Virus record (IMG/VR): IMGVR_UViG_3300009011_000001
Coordinates: 124,001-188,000 of that record
DNA: 64,000 nucleotides
Strand: one strand, 5' to 3'
Shown one piece after another: positions 29,959 to 39,959 of this stretch. Each line of letters starts with the position of its first letter. Position 1 is the first letter of the stretch. The notes under the pieces are model-generated. The model was not told the origin of the DNA, searched no databases, and saw nothing but the letters and a program-made list of their open reading frames with translations. The position numbers and the translations under genes were made by a program.

Positions 29959-30855
29959 ATGAAGAAAATGGTCTACGCTGTACTGGCATTGATGGCGTTG
30001 TCTTTCAACGTCTTTGCTAACGAACCCAAAACACTCAACTTCTGCACCGGAGCGGCCGAAGGCTATTACAGCCAGATCGGTCAAGTTGTCGGCACTGAAA
30101 TCCAATCGAACTCCAAAGGTTTGGTTGTGGTCAAGTTCGTCAACACCAAAGGCTCCGTCGATTCCGCTACTCGTCTGAAAGCCGGCGAGTGCGATATCGC
30201 GATCCTGCAAAACGATGCGGTGACGTCTCGTCCGATGCCTACTGACATCTCCACCACCGATGCTCACCAGGAAGCGATCTTCTGGATCCACAGCAAGAAC
30301 AGCAAGGTCAAAGACTTTGATGATCTCTCTGACAGCGACTACAAGAACCTGGGCGTTGCCATCGTTGACGGCTCCGGCGCTGAAGTGACCCTGCGTAACT
30401 TCGGCAACATCGATAAAGACTTCAAAGACCTGAACATCGTCGGCTTCAAGAACTGGCGCTGGGCTGCCAAGGCTGCTGCTGAAGGCAAGGTCCGTAAAGG
30501 CGGTATCGACATCCCTATCGCTGGTCTGATCTACGTCGGTCGTCAAGGCAAGATCTCTACCGAAATTACCGGTGAGTTCAAAGAAGAGCTGCGCATCGGC
30601 GAGATCGATGTTAGTGCCTTCAAGAAAGTCAAAGACCTGAACGGCAACCCACTGTACACGACCTGTGAAGTTGTTCAGGCCAACGGCATCGAAACCTCCA
30701 CCACGCTGAAGCCGGACACCTACTGCCTGCGCGCTCAGTTCGTGTACAACAACGCATTCTTCGAAGGCATGGACGAAAACGACGCTGAGCTTCTTCAGAC
30801 CGTAGTCGACAAGGCCATCGTGCGTAACGTGCGTCAGCAACAAGCAGCGAAGTGA
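29959..30855 (+). CDS. TAXI-family TRAP solute-binding-like periplasmic protein
   Basis: Signal peptide; FCTGAAEGYY, TKGSVD, CDIAILQND, GSGAEVT. Confidence 0.8.
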   Translation: MKKMVYAVLALMALSFNVFANEPKTLNFCTGAAEGYYSQIGQVVGTEIQSNSKGLVVVKFVNTKGSVDSATRLKAGECDIAILQNDAVTSRPMPTDISTTDAHQEAIFWIHSKNSKVKDFDDLSDSDYKNLGVAIVDGSGAEVTLRNFGNIDKDFKDLNIVGFKNWRWAAKAAAEGKVRKGGIDIPIAGLIYVGRQGKISTEITGEFKEELRIGEIDVSAFKKVKDLNGNPLYTTCEVVQANGIETSTTLKPDTYCLRAQFVYNNAFFEGMDENDAELLQTVVDKAIVRNVRQQQAAK

Positions 30856-30950
30856 GCAACACCTCCCCCGTTCTACAACAGGGGAGTTTAATCGCCATCT
30901 AGATGGCACAACCGTAAGACATTGCTACCAACGTAGCGAGGAGACTTCCT

Positions 30951-31337
30951 GTGGAAGTAGATCAAATGCTGTCCCTGCGTCAACACCAAGCCCTGACCTG
31001 CCTGAGCTATCTCCAGCACTGCGCAGTACAGAAGCAGACCATCACGTATGAATCGCTGGCCATTATCCTCGGCATGCCGTCTAAGGGCAACGCCATGGTG
31101 ACCGCCATTTCCAGAACGCTCTATGACGTGTTCAACTTTTGCGAGAAGGCGCAACTTCCGCATTTGACTGTTCTCGTTGTGCGCAAGTCTGGTAAGGACG
31201 TGGGTCTGCCGGGGTCTGGTTTCTGGAAGGTTTACCTGAAAGATGAGAGCCCGAGCCTTGAGTACCGGGTTGAAGAAACGGAGAAGTTGACGGGCGAGAT
31301 CTATCGCTTGTTCGACAACTTCGCGAAGGGGCAGTAA
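30951..31337 (+). CDS. hypothetical protein, possible nucleic-acid binder
   Basis: TITYESLA...LP.L..LVV.K...PG.GFW pattern. Confidence 0.6.
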   Translation: MEVDQMLSLRQHQALTCLSYLQHCAVQKQTITYESLAIILGMPSKGNAMVTAISRTLYDVFNFCEKAQLPHLTVLVVRKSGKDVGLPGSGFWKVYLKDESPSLEYRVEETEKLTGEIYRLFDNFAKGQ

Positions 31338-31344
31338 GCAACAA

Positions 31345-31377
31345 CATAGAGCTGGGGGCGATGCCCCCAGCTCTATG
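31345..31377 (+). terminator. CATA...TATG-closed hairpin terminator
   Basis: CATAGAGCTGGGGGC-GAT-GCCCCCAGCTCTATG. Confidence 0.85.
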
Positions 31378-32067
31378 CTTTATTTTTTACAAAAGTGAGT
31401 TTGTTTATGAATAACTTTACAAATGGCGAAAACACCACCCTCGACGTTTTTCGAAAGCATTTGAATCACACCAACAGAACCAGTCAGGCTCAGCATGTGA
31501 TAATTAAGGAAACGCCGGAAAGCAATGGCACATCCATCAACATCTGTGTTCCTTTGAAGATGCCTGAGCACTTCTTCAAGAAAGATCCCGACAATGCTCA
31601 TGGTGACATTTATTTCTCACGGGATGATGGAATAAACGAAATGTCTGAAATGTTGCATGAAGATATTTCGCTGGCCTGTCTGTCGGAAATGGTGAAGATG
31701 GTTGAAGACCTGACCTCTTCAGAAGTCTTGTTTATTCGATGCACTCATTCGCCTACAGCTTTGTTTCTTTCAACCCCACAGATTCTGATTTTAATGGTGC
31801 ACGAATAATGAGAACAGTGATCAACTGGCCTGATGCCTACGACACAATGTCCGGCATGGATCGATTCTGCGGCGGTCCCGAGCACGAAGACAGAACGGCC
31901 ATGGCGTTTTACTACGAGGCCAAACCAATTGTAGAAAAGGCCGTCGAGAATCTTGAAGCGCAGATCGACAAACTGCAGCTTCAGGTTAACGAACTAAAAG
32001 CCGCCAAACCTAAACTCCGCTACCATTCTGACCTTGGGATTTGGTACGTTGTTCCGAAGGAGTCGAA

Positions 32068-32238
32068 ATGACAAAACGCATTTACGTTGTGCCTGCGGTT
32101 GGCCGCGCTGTACCAGATCCTGTTCAAGGCGACTTGCTTCCAAAGAAAGGTCGTGAGGTTGACGACAGCGACTGGTGGCAGCGCCGCAAGGCAGATAAAG
32201 ATGTCACCATCAAACCAGTCAAGAAGGCGGCGGAATAA
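32068..32238 (+). CDS. DUF2635 (Mu gp38-like) small protein
   Basis: V.PA.GRAVPDP..GDLLP..GREV..S.WW.RR..D.DV. Confidence 0.8.
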   Translation: MTKRIYVVPAVGRAVPDPVQGDLLPKKGREVDDSDWWQRRKADKDVTIKPVKKAAE

Positions 32239-32729
32239 TGCAAGATCCTGTCAATCCGGAATATGTAGATTTCGAATCTGTAAAGATGGCCGTACAGACC
32301 GATGAGTTTCGAGGCTATCTGATCGATTGGGCATTGGCTATGGCACACCCAAAGATCAAAGTCTTCAACATGCATGACGGTAGTTATCCGGGCAACTACA
32401 ACAAGTTGCAATACGCAATGGATAACCCGACCGTCATCGTCGATCTAGAATGGAAAATCTGGTTCGAGGAGGCCGAGAAGAGCTGCCAATATAACCCGCA
32501 TGAAAACTGGGAATTCCTTGGCCCGTTCCTCACTGCCGAGAAGCCGTGTATCCGTTACGACTTTGAAAGCAAGGTCTATTCGGTCTATTTCGATAACAAC
32601 GTCGACGGAAGCTATTTGGTCTGTCACGAGAAACTCGAAACAGCCATTGCTAAGGCGTTCATCCTCTTCAAGTTTGGCTCCACAATGATGGTCCCATACC
32701 CACTCGCTAAACGGTATCTGCAGCAATGA
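32238..32729 (+). CDS. NinX/DUF2591-like phage protein
   Basis: LIDWALAMA...YNP..NW...GP.L. Confidence 0.55.
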   Translation: MQDPVNPEYVDFESVKMAVQTDEFRGYLIDWALAMAHPKIKVFNMHDGSYPGNYNKLQYAMDNPTVIVDLEWKIWFEEAEKSCQYNPHENWEFLGPFLTAEKPCIRYDFESKVYSVYFDNNVDGSYLVCHEKLETAIAKAFILFKFGSTMMVPYPLAKRYLQQ

Positions 32730-33391
32730 AAACTCAAAACCAAACTGTTGCTCCTTATTACGGCATTCCGCCTGACGTGATCGTCGAAGATCTGGCTATC
32801 GATCTGGTCAAAGACAAGGTCGAAATGTGTTTCTATCAGTACCTGCCTATCAAGATGGCCGGTGCTCTGGAAAGCTTCCACATCCCGAAGAACCTGGACT
32901 GGATCCGTCCGTTCATCCAGCATCTGGAATTCGATCCTCATCGCGACTACATCTACGTCAGCGCAAAACACCTGTTCGTGACCCCAGACAACATGGGTAA
33001 TCGTCCGGGCTGGCACAGCGATGGATTCGGCAGCGACGATGTGAACTACATCTGGGTCGATCGATTCCCAACTGAGTTTGCTCTGCAGCGTTTCCACCTG
33101 ACTACGGAAGACCACGCAGAGTCTCTCAAGCAGATTGCTGAGCAAGTGCGCGAAGACGCAATTTGCGTGTACAGCTCGAACTGTTTGCTGCGTCTCGATC
33201 GCTGGAACATCCATCGCCCTCCGGTCATGGGCACTGGCTTCCGTACGTTCTTGAAGTTCTCCATCTCCAAGAACAAGTACAACCTGCAGGGCAACTCGCA
33301 CAACTACCTGATCGATTACGATTGGGAAATGGTACCTCGTGCAGAAGCCCGCAATCACCCAACTGCCGATGTAACCGGCAAAGTAGGTTAG
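32726..33391 (+). CDS. 2OG-Fe(II) dioxygenase-like protein
   Basis: RPGWHSDG (HxD), distal NIHR, RTF arginine. Confidence 0.75.
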   Translation: MKTQNQTVAPYYGIPPDVIVEDLAIDLVKDKVEMCFYQYLPIKMAGALESFHIPKNLDWIRPFIQHLEFDPHRDYIYVSAKHLFVTPDNMGNRPGWHSDGFGSDDVNYIWVDRFPTEFALQRFHLTTEDHAESLKQIAEQVREDAICVYSSNCLLRLDRWNIHRPPVMGTGFRTFLKFSISKNKYNLQGNSHNYLIDYDWEMVPRAEARNHPTADVTGKVG

Positions 33392-33400
33392 GAGGGATTC

Positions 33401-34086
33401 ATGTCGCCTGAAGCTAAAGAAGCGGTTGAAGGTTTTCGTGCAACGGTAAAGCGAATCAGGGAATCTCTCCAGTCGTTGTTTGAGAAGATTCGCGACGGCA
33501 TGGACCACCGCGATCACAGCGTTTTGCACAAACACCGCAATGACGTCAACCGTAACGGCATGCCTGTAAACCGCCGGAAAGGCGTCGGTCACTATCGTCG
33601 ACCACAAGGAAAGAAGAAGTAATGAATATTTCCAACGGTCTTCCAGTCAGCCTGCAGGCAGAATTCGAAGATCCCGAACAGTGCAACACGATTCCGATTG
33701 TTGAACACGCTCGCTGGCTGAAAGGCCAAGACGCTGAACACGTCAACGGCTATGCGCACAAAACGCCGTACACCCGTGTCAATCTGGCCGGGGTGTTTCA
33801 ACACCTGTCACCGGTGGTGGAGTTGTTTGAAGAAGCGACCGAACAAGCTGTGCTGAAGGCTCTCTCGGCTCGTCTGCAGATTGATTTCGTCCAAGGCGAT
33901 GTACGGATCCACTTTACGCAAGACGGTATGCCAAAGCCCGGTGAGAGCTATGATGCTTACATCTTTGCTCTGCCTTATTCTGCCGTGTATCAGGGTTGCG
34001 CAACTCTGCGTATCTACAATCCTGGCAAATACATCCAGGCAGAGATCGTTCGTGATGAAACTGGGAAACTGCTTCCGAAGGCGTAA
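33401..34086 (+). CDS. two hypothetical CDSs (33401-33622, 33622-34086)
   Basis: GGAGGG RBS; TAATG overlap. Confidence 0.7.
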
Positions 34087-34119
34087 TTAATTACGGGAAG
34101 TCGAACTCCTATACAAACA

Positions 34120-34432
34120 ACCACTGCTGAAGGAACTGCAATGCGCGTAGCAGTCCTCGGGGCGTTAATGAGGATAACGTATCCCGATTGACTGGGCGAA
34201 GGACCAATGTCCGTGGCCACTAAAACTTAAAGCTTCAACCGAGTCGGGATAACCGCTCTTTGAATTGCACAAGCAAAAGCTTGTGTGAACTGCAGCGTGC
34301 GCATACACGCCGTAGCGCAACATCCGCCCCGACGCAAATTCCATTGAACAGGCGAGTTCTGGTTTATCGGTACCGATAAATTGCAGTTCCACACTGGAGG
34401 AAATGGACAGGGGCGGTATTTCTTTCTTTTTA
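34120..34432 (+). ncRNA. candidate ~300-nt structured non-coding RNA
   Basis: ORF-free on +; 11-bp closing IR (34132-34142/34380-34390); multiple internal stems with G-U pairs; T-tract end. Confidence 0.55.
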
Positions 34433-34473
34433 TGCTGTTCTATTTCTTTTAATCAACCGCAAGGAAGTTACAG

Positions 34474-37400
34474 ATGGATACCGCTGCTCTTAAAAAGCTC
34501 CCCATTCCTAAGCCAGGAAAGACCTCTCCAGAAACCTACGGGTTCCTGTTCGGGGTTATGAAGACCCTTGAAAACTCTCCTCATGATCACGACTTCAGCG
34601 TTCACGGGAAAACTGAAGTGGTGAACTTCAGGATCAACCGCAATCGCAGCCAGATGGGGATGTTGAGCTTTCGACCTACTCAGCCCGGCCCCGCATTGGA
34701 AAATCCTGTAACGGTGTCCGATGAGTTCATCGCAGGTTTCGGTAAACAGATCGACGACAAACGCGTGGAACTGTCCGATGGTTCCGAAAAGGCTTTCTCG
34801 ATCATCCTGGCCTGTCTGAAGGGTCGCATGATCGTCACTCGCACTACTTGTGATGTGGTCCAGATGTGGAGCGGGCGAGGGGTCAAGGTCAAGCTGAATG
34901 GCATTTTGATCGATGGCCAATCGACACCAGTCGGCTTCATCGATTTCGACTTTACTCTGGCTCCGCGGGTGCAACGCTGGAATTTTCCACGCAGGCTCTA
35001 GGTAAATAGCAATGGCCCAAATACCACTACCGCGAGATGCGTTCGCCTATACCGACATCGATGGTAAAGAAAGAACGTGCTACGTCGTAAGTAGTTCTGA
35101 CCGGCGGCGAGCCCCGTGGCGGCGTATGAAGAAACACATCGCGGAAACCGCTGCCCTGAAGCTGAAAGAGGAATCGCAGGATGTCAAAGCTTAAACGACT
35201 TCACGAAAAATACGAAGAAGTTAAACTCTGGCTGAGTGAGCGCGACCGTAAGATCGAGCAGCTCGAAGACGAAAAGTCTAAAGATCAGAAAACAACTGCC
35301 TATTTGCAAGAAGAGATCAAGAAGCTCAGCGCTAACGTGCAGGTGCTTCAGGGTCGTCTGATTAAATACGAAGGCACCCCGGCGAATCGTCGTGGCGACA
35401 CTGGCGAAAGCGACGACTTTGCTCACTATCTGGATCGTGAGCGTTCTGACCTGCCTTTAGGCGATTACACGGATGATGAGCTGGCCAATGCTATCTTCAT
35501 GAACTACGATGTCTTTCCTTCTGTCGAGGAACTGCTTTCAGGCAAAGCCAAGATGCCAATCGCCTACATGACTGCCGGTAAAGAGCGCATTCGCTGGCTG
35601 TCCCGCAAACTGGCTGAAGCGCTTGCCGCTGATTTGGCCAACTCACCAAAAGGTACCCTGGAGGTATAATGTCTAACAAATACACTTTGATCGATGCAAC
35701 TATCGGTGTTAAATGTTTCGGCACCGGACGGATCGATGTGAAAGAAGTCCTATCCGACATGGGTGTTGCGGTGACTCCGAAGTCTGAAGAACACCCTGGC
35801 TTCAATGTCTACCAGAAACGCCTCTACGAAGACAACCCGGATTTCGACTTCGAAGAAAACAACGGCGTGATCGACTACACTCAAGTCGGCGAGCCTAAAG
35901 ACCAGATGGTCACTATCGTGATCGAGGTGGAGAACGATGCCTAGAGTGAAGCTGGACGGAGCTACTGCTCTGACCTTGGAGCTGAAAACTCCTACCGAAC
36001 AAGCAACGGTGGTCTTGACCGCCCTTGCTCCAGACAACGTTATAGGTCTGATCAACCTGCAATACGAAAAGACCGGCAACAGTCCTTACGATCTTGCTCA
36101 ATGGCTGGTCGGTAAGAACTGGGCGGTTCTTGCTGTGTCCCATCCCGTAGCTTTGAAGCGCGAAATCAAGAACCTTCAAATCACCACTCAACGCCCTGAT
36201 TAAGGAGCTGTGAAATGAAACTGTCCGACATGGCAGCACTGGAAGTACCGAAAGGTGCCACTCACTTTGTTCTCGATAACGACGGCTTCAGTGCCGCCTG
36301 GTATAAACGCGAAGGCGTAGAACTGTACGGCATGCCGATGGACGTTTCTCGTGCCGGCGATGGCTGGGCAAAAACGCCAGGGTGCACTCGCGCCCTGCGT
36401 GATCTGAAAACCGATATTGAACTTAAATTTGAACGCGAAAGATTGGGGAAATAATTAATGTTCCAGATTATGCTTGCTGGCATGGTTGCTTTTGATGGCA
36501 GCTACTTCGACAATATCGGTCGCGCTCTTGCGTTCGGGTTGCTGTTGTTCTTCACTTATCTGACCCTGTGGATTCTGGCCGCCCTGTGGAACTTCGCCTG
36601 GGCGTGGATCGACGATGCTCCACGTAAGCGTTACAACTGCTTCAGTGGCTTCATCGCGCGCCTGACTGGCTACGAATGGCGTGGTGGTACCTGGGCATGG
36701 CACTCGAAGCGGTTCGGTGAGTCGGACATGATTCACATATTTCCGATGATCTTCGTCTTCGCCCTGCCAATGGTTTTGGTAACCCTTTTCACGTTCTACA
36801 GCTTCTTCCTCACCTGTGCCGTCTGTGTTGGCGCAGCATTTGGCACTCGCTTCGTTCGCCGCATGAAGAAAGCTTTCGATAAGCACGTCGGCGACAAACA
36901 CGCTCACCAGAAGGACGACTAAAATGGACGCGCCAGACAATAAAGAAGAGCAACCTGTCTTGCGCGATATCCTTGCCATGCACGAGCAGGTCTTAAACGA
37001 CCTGCTCCTTGAGCTGCCTCATGAATCCAAGCTCATCGCTTTGCAGGTATTGAACAAGCATCAACAGAAAATCGCCAACAAGTACTTTGACATTGACAAA
37101 CCCACTGACCCGGCCATCACCGAGTTGTTTGAAACCTGGCTCAGAATTGGCCTCAACGCCGAGAAAGATGAAGAGGCTCGAACTACTGCTCGCCGCAATG
37201 TGATTCGCAGTCTCTTTAAAGCCCACGGTTTCACTGTCAAGCCTGGTGAGACGGATCTGAAGGAATACGTCTTCCGTGCAGCCGAGTCGCTAATTCGTCG
37301 GATCGATGTGTTCTATCGGAAGATGGGTATCGTCGCCATCACGAAGACTGGCGATTTCGACCACAACACCGTCGAGCATTATCAGGCGATGGAAGATCGC

Positions 37401-38438
37401 TCCAAGTGGTCGACCAAACAATGGATCGAACATTTGGGTGGTCGGCAGGACGAACAGATGAACATCGTGTTCGGCAGCCCGTATGCGGTGGCCAAGCTTC
37501 TGGAACTGTACTGCGAAGAAATGGTTCGCGGTACCATCATTAAAACTATACCGAAAGAAGAATAGGGGGTTGTCATGGAACTTACGTTTTATTGCGAACC
37601 GGACAGTAATGAATGGCGTGTTCTCGAACCGGGTAAAGAGTTCGCTACTTTCCGCGCCAAGTTCACCGATAACTACGCCGGCAATGGGATTCGCGTCCAA
37701 ACGTCTATCGGCGGTGACGGCGCCGGCGCCAAAATGTGGGGCGAGCTCAAGGTCCTTGTTTATGGCAACGGTCAAATAAACGGTCAGCGCGATGTGGCAA
37801 AAATCGTTTGCTCAGAAAATCGGTCGTTTGAAATGCCTTTGTCGCATTTCTATATCGACGATGAATACCTACTCGGAAACGGCCTGTTGTCTGATTCTGT
37901 TTCCTTTGCTCTTCCGGCCTCTAACGCCAAAGGCCTAGGAAATATTTCATCTGTCTTTTTCAAATATTGGCAGATCAAGATTCTTGGCCCACTTATTGAA
38001 AGCGATAAGAGGTCGGCGGCTTACGCATCGGGGCTGATTTTTAGAAAACGTAATGGGGACGATTTCTTCTTGGCCTGTAACCGACTTCGCGAGCCAGCGC
38101 AGGTCAAATGGGTGAGCGAGATCCCAGAACCGATATTCAGCAATGAATACGGCGATGTCTACGTCTACGACGATATATCGCGTCAAGACAAACTGACCAT
38201 CTCTACGGACGATTTCTTTAAAGCGTCTGTTCAGTAAGGGGCGTGTATGAAAGTTCCAATTGGTCCTGACATGGAGGAGGCGCTTCTCAACACGGTGAAG
38301 GTAAAACTTCAGCAGTTGAAGTGTGTTGCTCCAGGTGGTATCTACGGCAGTTGGCTGAATTCGTTGGTTGCAGATGTCAACAAAGCCTTCGATAAAATTG
38401 CCGATAAAGCGGCCAGCGATAACGCCGGTTGTCTCTAG
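34474..38438 (+). CDS. run of ~11 hypothetical CDSs, including membrane protein 36458-36922
   Basis: Tightly coupled + strand ORFs (34474, 35012, 35181, 35669, 35937, 36215, 36458, 36924, 37575, 38247). Confidence 0.7.
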
Positions 38439-38579
38439 ATGGTAAAAAGTTACAATGCGTATTAGCTATATGTAGGAAGAGCACTGCCCGGCGGGCAGCA
38501 AGGCTATTCTACACGACGCAACCCGCCGGTGATGCCGGTGCCTTTGAGCGAAATGGCGCTCTGGCGGGTTGCGTCACCT

Positions 38580-38667
<88 letters not shown>

Positions 38668-38751
38668 CGAATTATCGGCCGCGACTTTATAGTTGCTGGG
38701 AAACCTTATCCGAGTATAAACGGATCGGCCGGCCTTGCTTTAAAAGTTTGT

Positions 38752-38828
38752 TGGGGTATAGCTCAGTCCGGTAGAGCAGCGGGTTTTGATCCCGCTTGTC
38801 ATAGGTTCGAATCCTGTTGCCCCTGCCA
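38752..38828 (+). tRNA. tRNA-Gln(TTG)
   Basis: GCGGG-TTTTGAT-CCCGC anticodon arm, TTCGAAT, GCCA end. Confidence 0.9.
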
Positions 38829-38833
38829 TGTTC

Positions 38834-38975
38834 GGAGAAGCGTTCGGTTACGGAGTGGTTGAACGTTGATATATCGGGTAACTACCGATTGGATACATGA
38901 GCTAGAGTGGAAGTCGCCTGCCATGGGGCCATGACTATTCATCCGCGAGTTCGAATCTCGCCTGTCCGCTTCTCC
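38834..38975 (+). ncRNA. tRNA-like RNA with expanded central domain and no CCA
   Basis: GGAGAAGCG/CGCTTCTCC closing stem; D-like ACG-GAGTGGTTGAA-CGT; T arm GCGAG-TTCGAAT-CTCGC. Confidence 0.65.
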
Positions 38976-38987
38976 TTACCTTGTAAT

Positions 38988-39063
38988 TCCGCGATAGCTC
39001 AGTTGGTAGAGCAAACGGCTGTTAACCGTTTGGTCCCTGGTTCGAGTCCAGGTCGTGGAGCCA
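38988..39063 (+). tRNA. tRNA-Asn(GTT)
   Basis: AACGG-CTGTTAA-CCGTT; canonical cloverleaf; GCCA. Confidence 0.95.
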
Positions 39064-39194
39064 ATTTGCTGCGGTCCCTTTGAGGGGCAGATACCGTGGA
39101 TTGTCATGACAGCTTACACCGTCCGGCGGAGTCTTGACTAATAGAGTGATGGGTTAAAACCCTGAGCGATGCCGGAGACTATTTCTTGCTTTAC

Positions 39195-39284
39195 GGTGAA
39201 TTGGTCGAGTGGCCTATGGCGGCGGCTTGCTAAGCCGTTGACCCTTAACCGGGTCCGAGAGTTCGAATCTCTCATTCACCTCCA
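39195..39284 (+). tRNA. tRNA-Ser(GCT)
   Basis: GCGGC-TTGCTAA-GCCGT; long variable arm; CCA. Confidence 0.92.
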
Positions 39285-39291
39285 GTTAGTC

Positions 39292-39378
39292 CCCTGGGTA
39301 GCTCAGTCGGTTAGAGCAGCTCTCTGAGGTCGCTCCTCAGGAAGAAGGTCGTGGGTTCAAGTCCCGCCCTCGGGGCCA
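39292..39378 (+). ncRNA. aberrant tRNA-like RNA with an extended anticodon arm
   Basis: Canonical D arm, T arm and GCCA, but the anticodon arm is TCT-CTGAGG-TCGCT-CCTCAG-GA-AGA with no valid 7-nt loop. Confidence 0.75.
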
Positions 39379-39398
39379 TTACAAGTTAGGAGAACGCA

Positions 39399-39650
39399 AT
39401 GCGTCGTCGGCGGGTCATCAAGGCTGTTGTTGCTCCGAAGTTTGATTATCAAAAACATTCTTCGTCGAGAGAAGATGAAGCTCTGCAAACGGCTCGGTAT
39501 GAATGGTTCGCTAAACGCTCTCCTGAGCTTGCAGAGATTGTACGTCGCGTAGTTCGTCCTGATGGTACGCTTGTGATTAACGAGCTTGTTGCTACTGAAC
39601 AAGATCTTGATAAGCACGATGTGCCAAAGACCTTTCATGAATTGGTCTAA
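39399..39650 (+). CDS. hypothetical protein within the tRNA cluster
   Basis: AGGAG RBS; 83 aa. Confidence 0.65.
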   Translation: MRRRRVIKAVVAPKFDYQKHSSSREDEALQTARYEWFAKRSPELAEIVRRVVRPDGTLVINELVATEQDLDKHDVPKTFHELV

Positions 39651-39867
39651 TTCAACGTGTAATGTCGGTGACCCATCGTCGCGCATCCATGCCGAAGACT
39701 AGGAAGTGGCTAAGTGTGGTAACCGGCACCTAGAGTTGTACCTGCTTTAAGCCATCGTCGGACGGGATTGTAACTCCCAACCTCAATTTCCCATACGGCC
39801 GAAAAAGCCGGAGTTGGTTAGTGTAGATGGGCCGTAAATCGGTAGCAGGTGGCTAAACAAACATACT

Positions 39868-39892
39868 GGCCTGCTTCGGCAGGCCTTTATGC
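39868..39892 (+). terminator. terminator of the tRNA operon
   Basis: GGCCTGC-TTCG-GCAGGCC-TTTATGC. Confidence 0.75.
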
Positions 39893-39904
39893 TGTAAATA
39901 TTCT

Positions 39905-39918
39905 CATTGATACATTAC
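39905..39918 (+). promoter_or_regulatory. putative early promoter motif
   Basis: CATTGATACATTAC. Confidence 0.6.
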
Positions 39919-39959
39919 CTTAATGATACAGGCAGTGTGCTCACCTAGAGGTGTCTATA

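Noticed and set aside
34120-34432. tmRNA, RNase P RNA, hammerhead or complete retron
   Set aside because: There are no tRNA-like ends, no GAGGAAAGTCC signature and no CTGATGA core (CTGCTGA only), and no reverse transcriptase is in the window.
39292-39378. Calling this tRNA-Ala(CGC)
   Set aside because: It would need a loop with a pairing G32-C38 and a pyrimidine at 37 on an over-long arm, and the Ala G3-U70 identity pair is absent.
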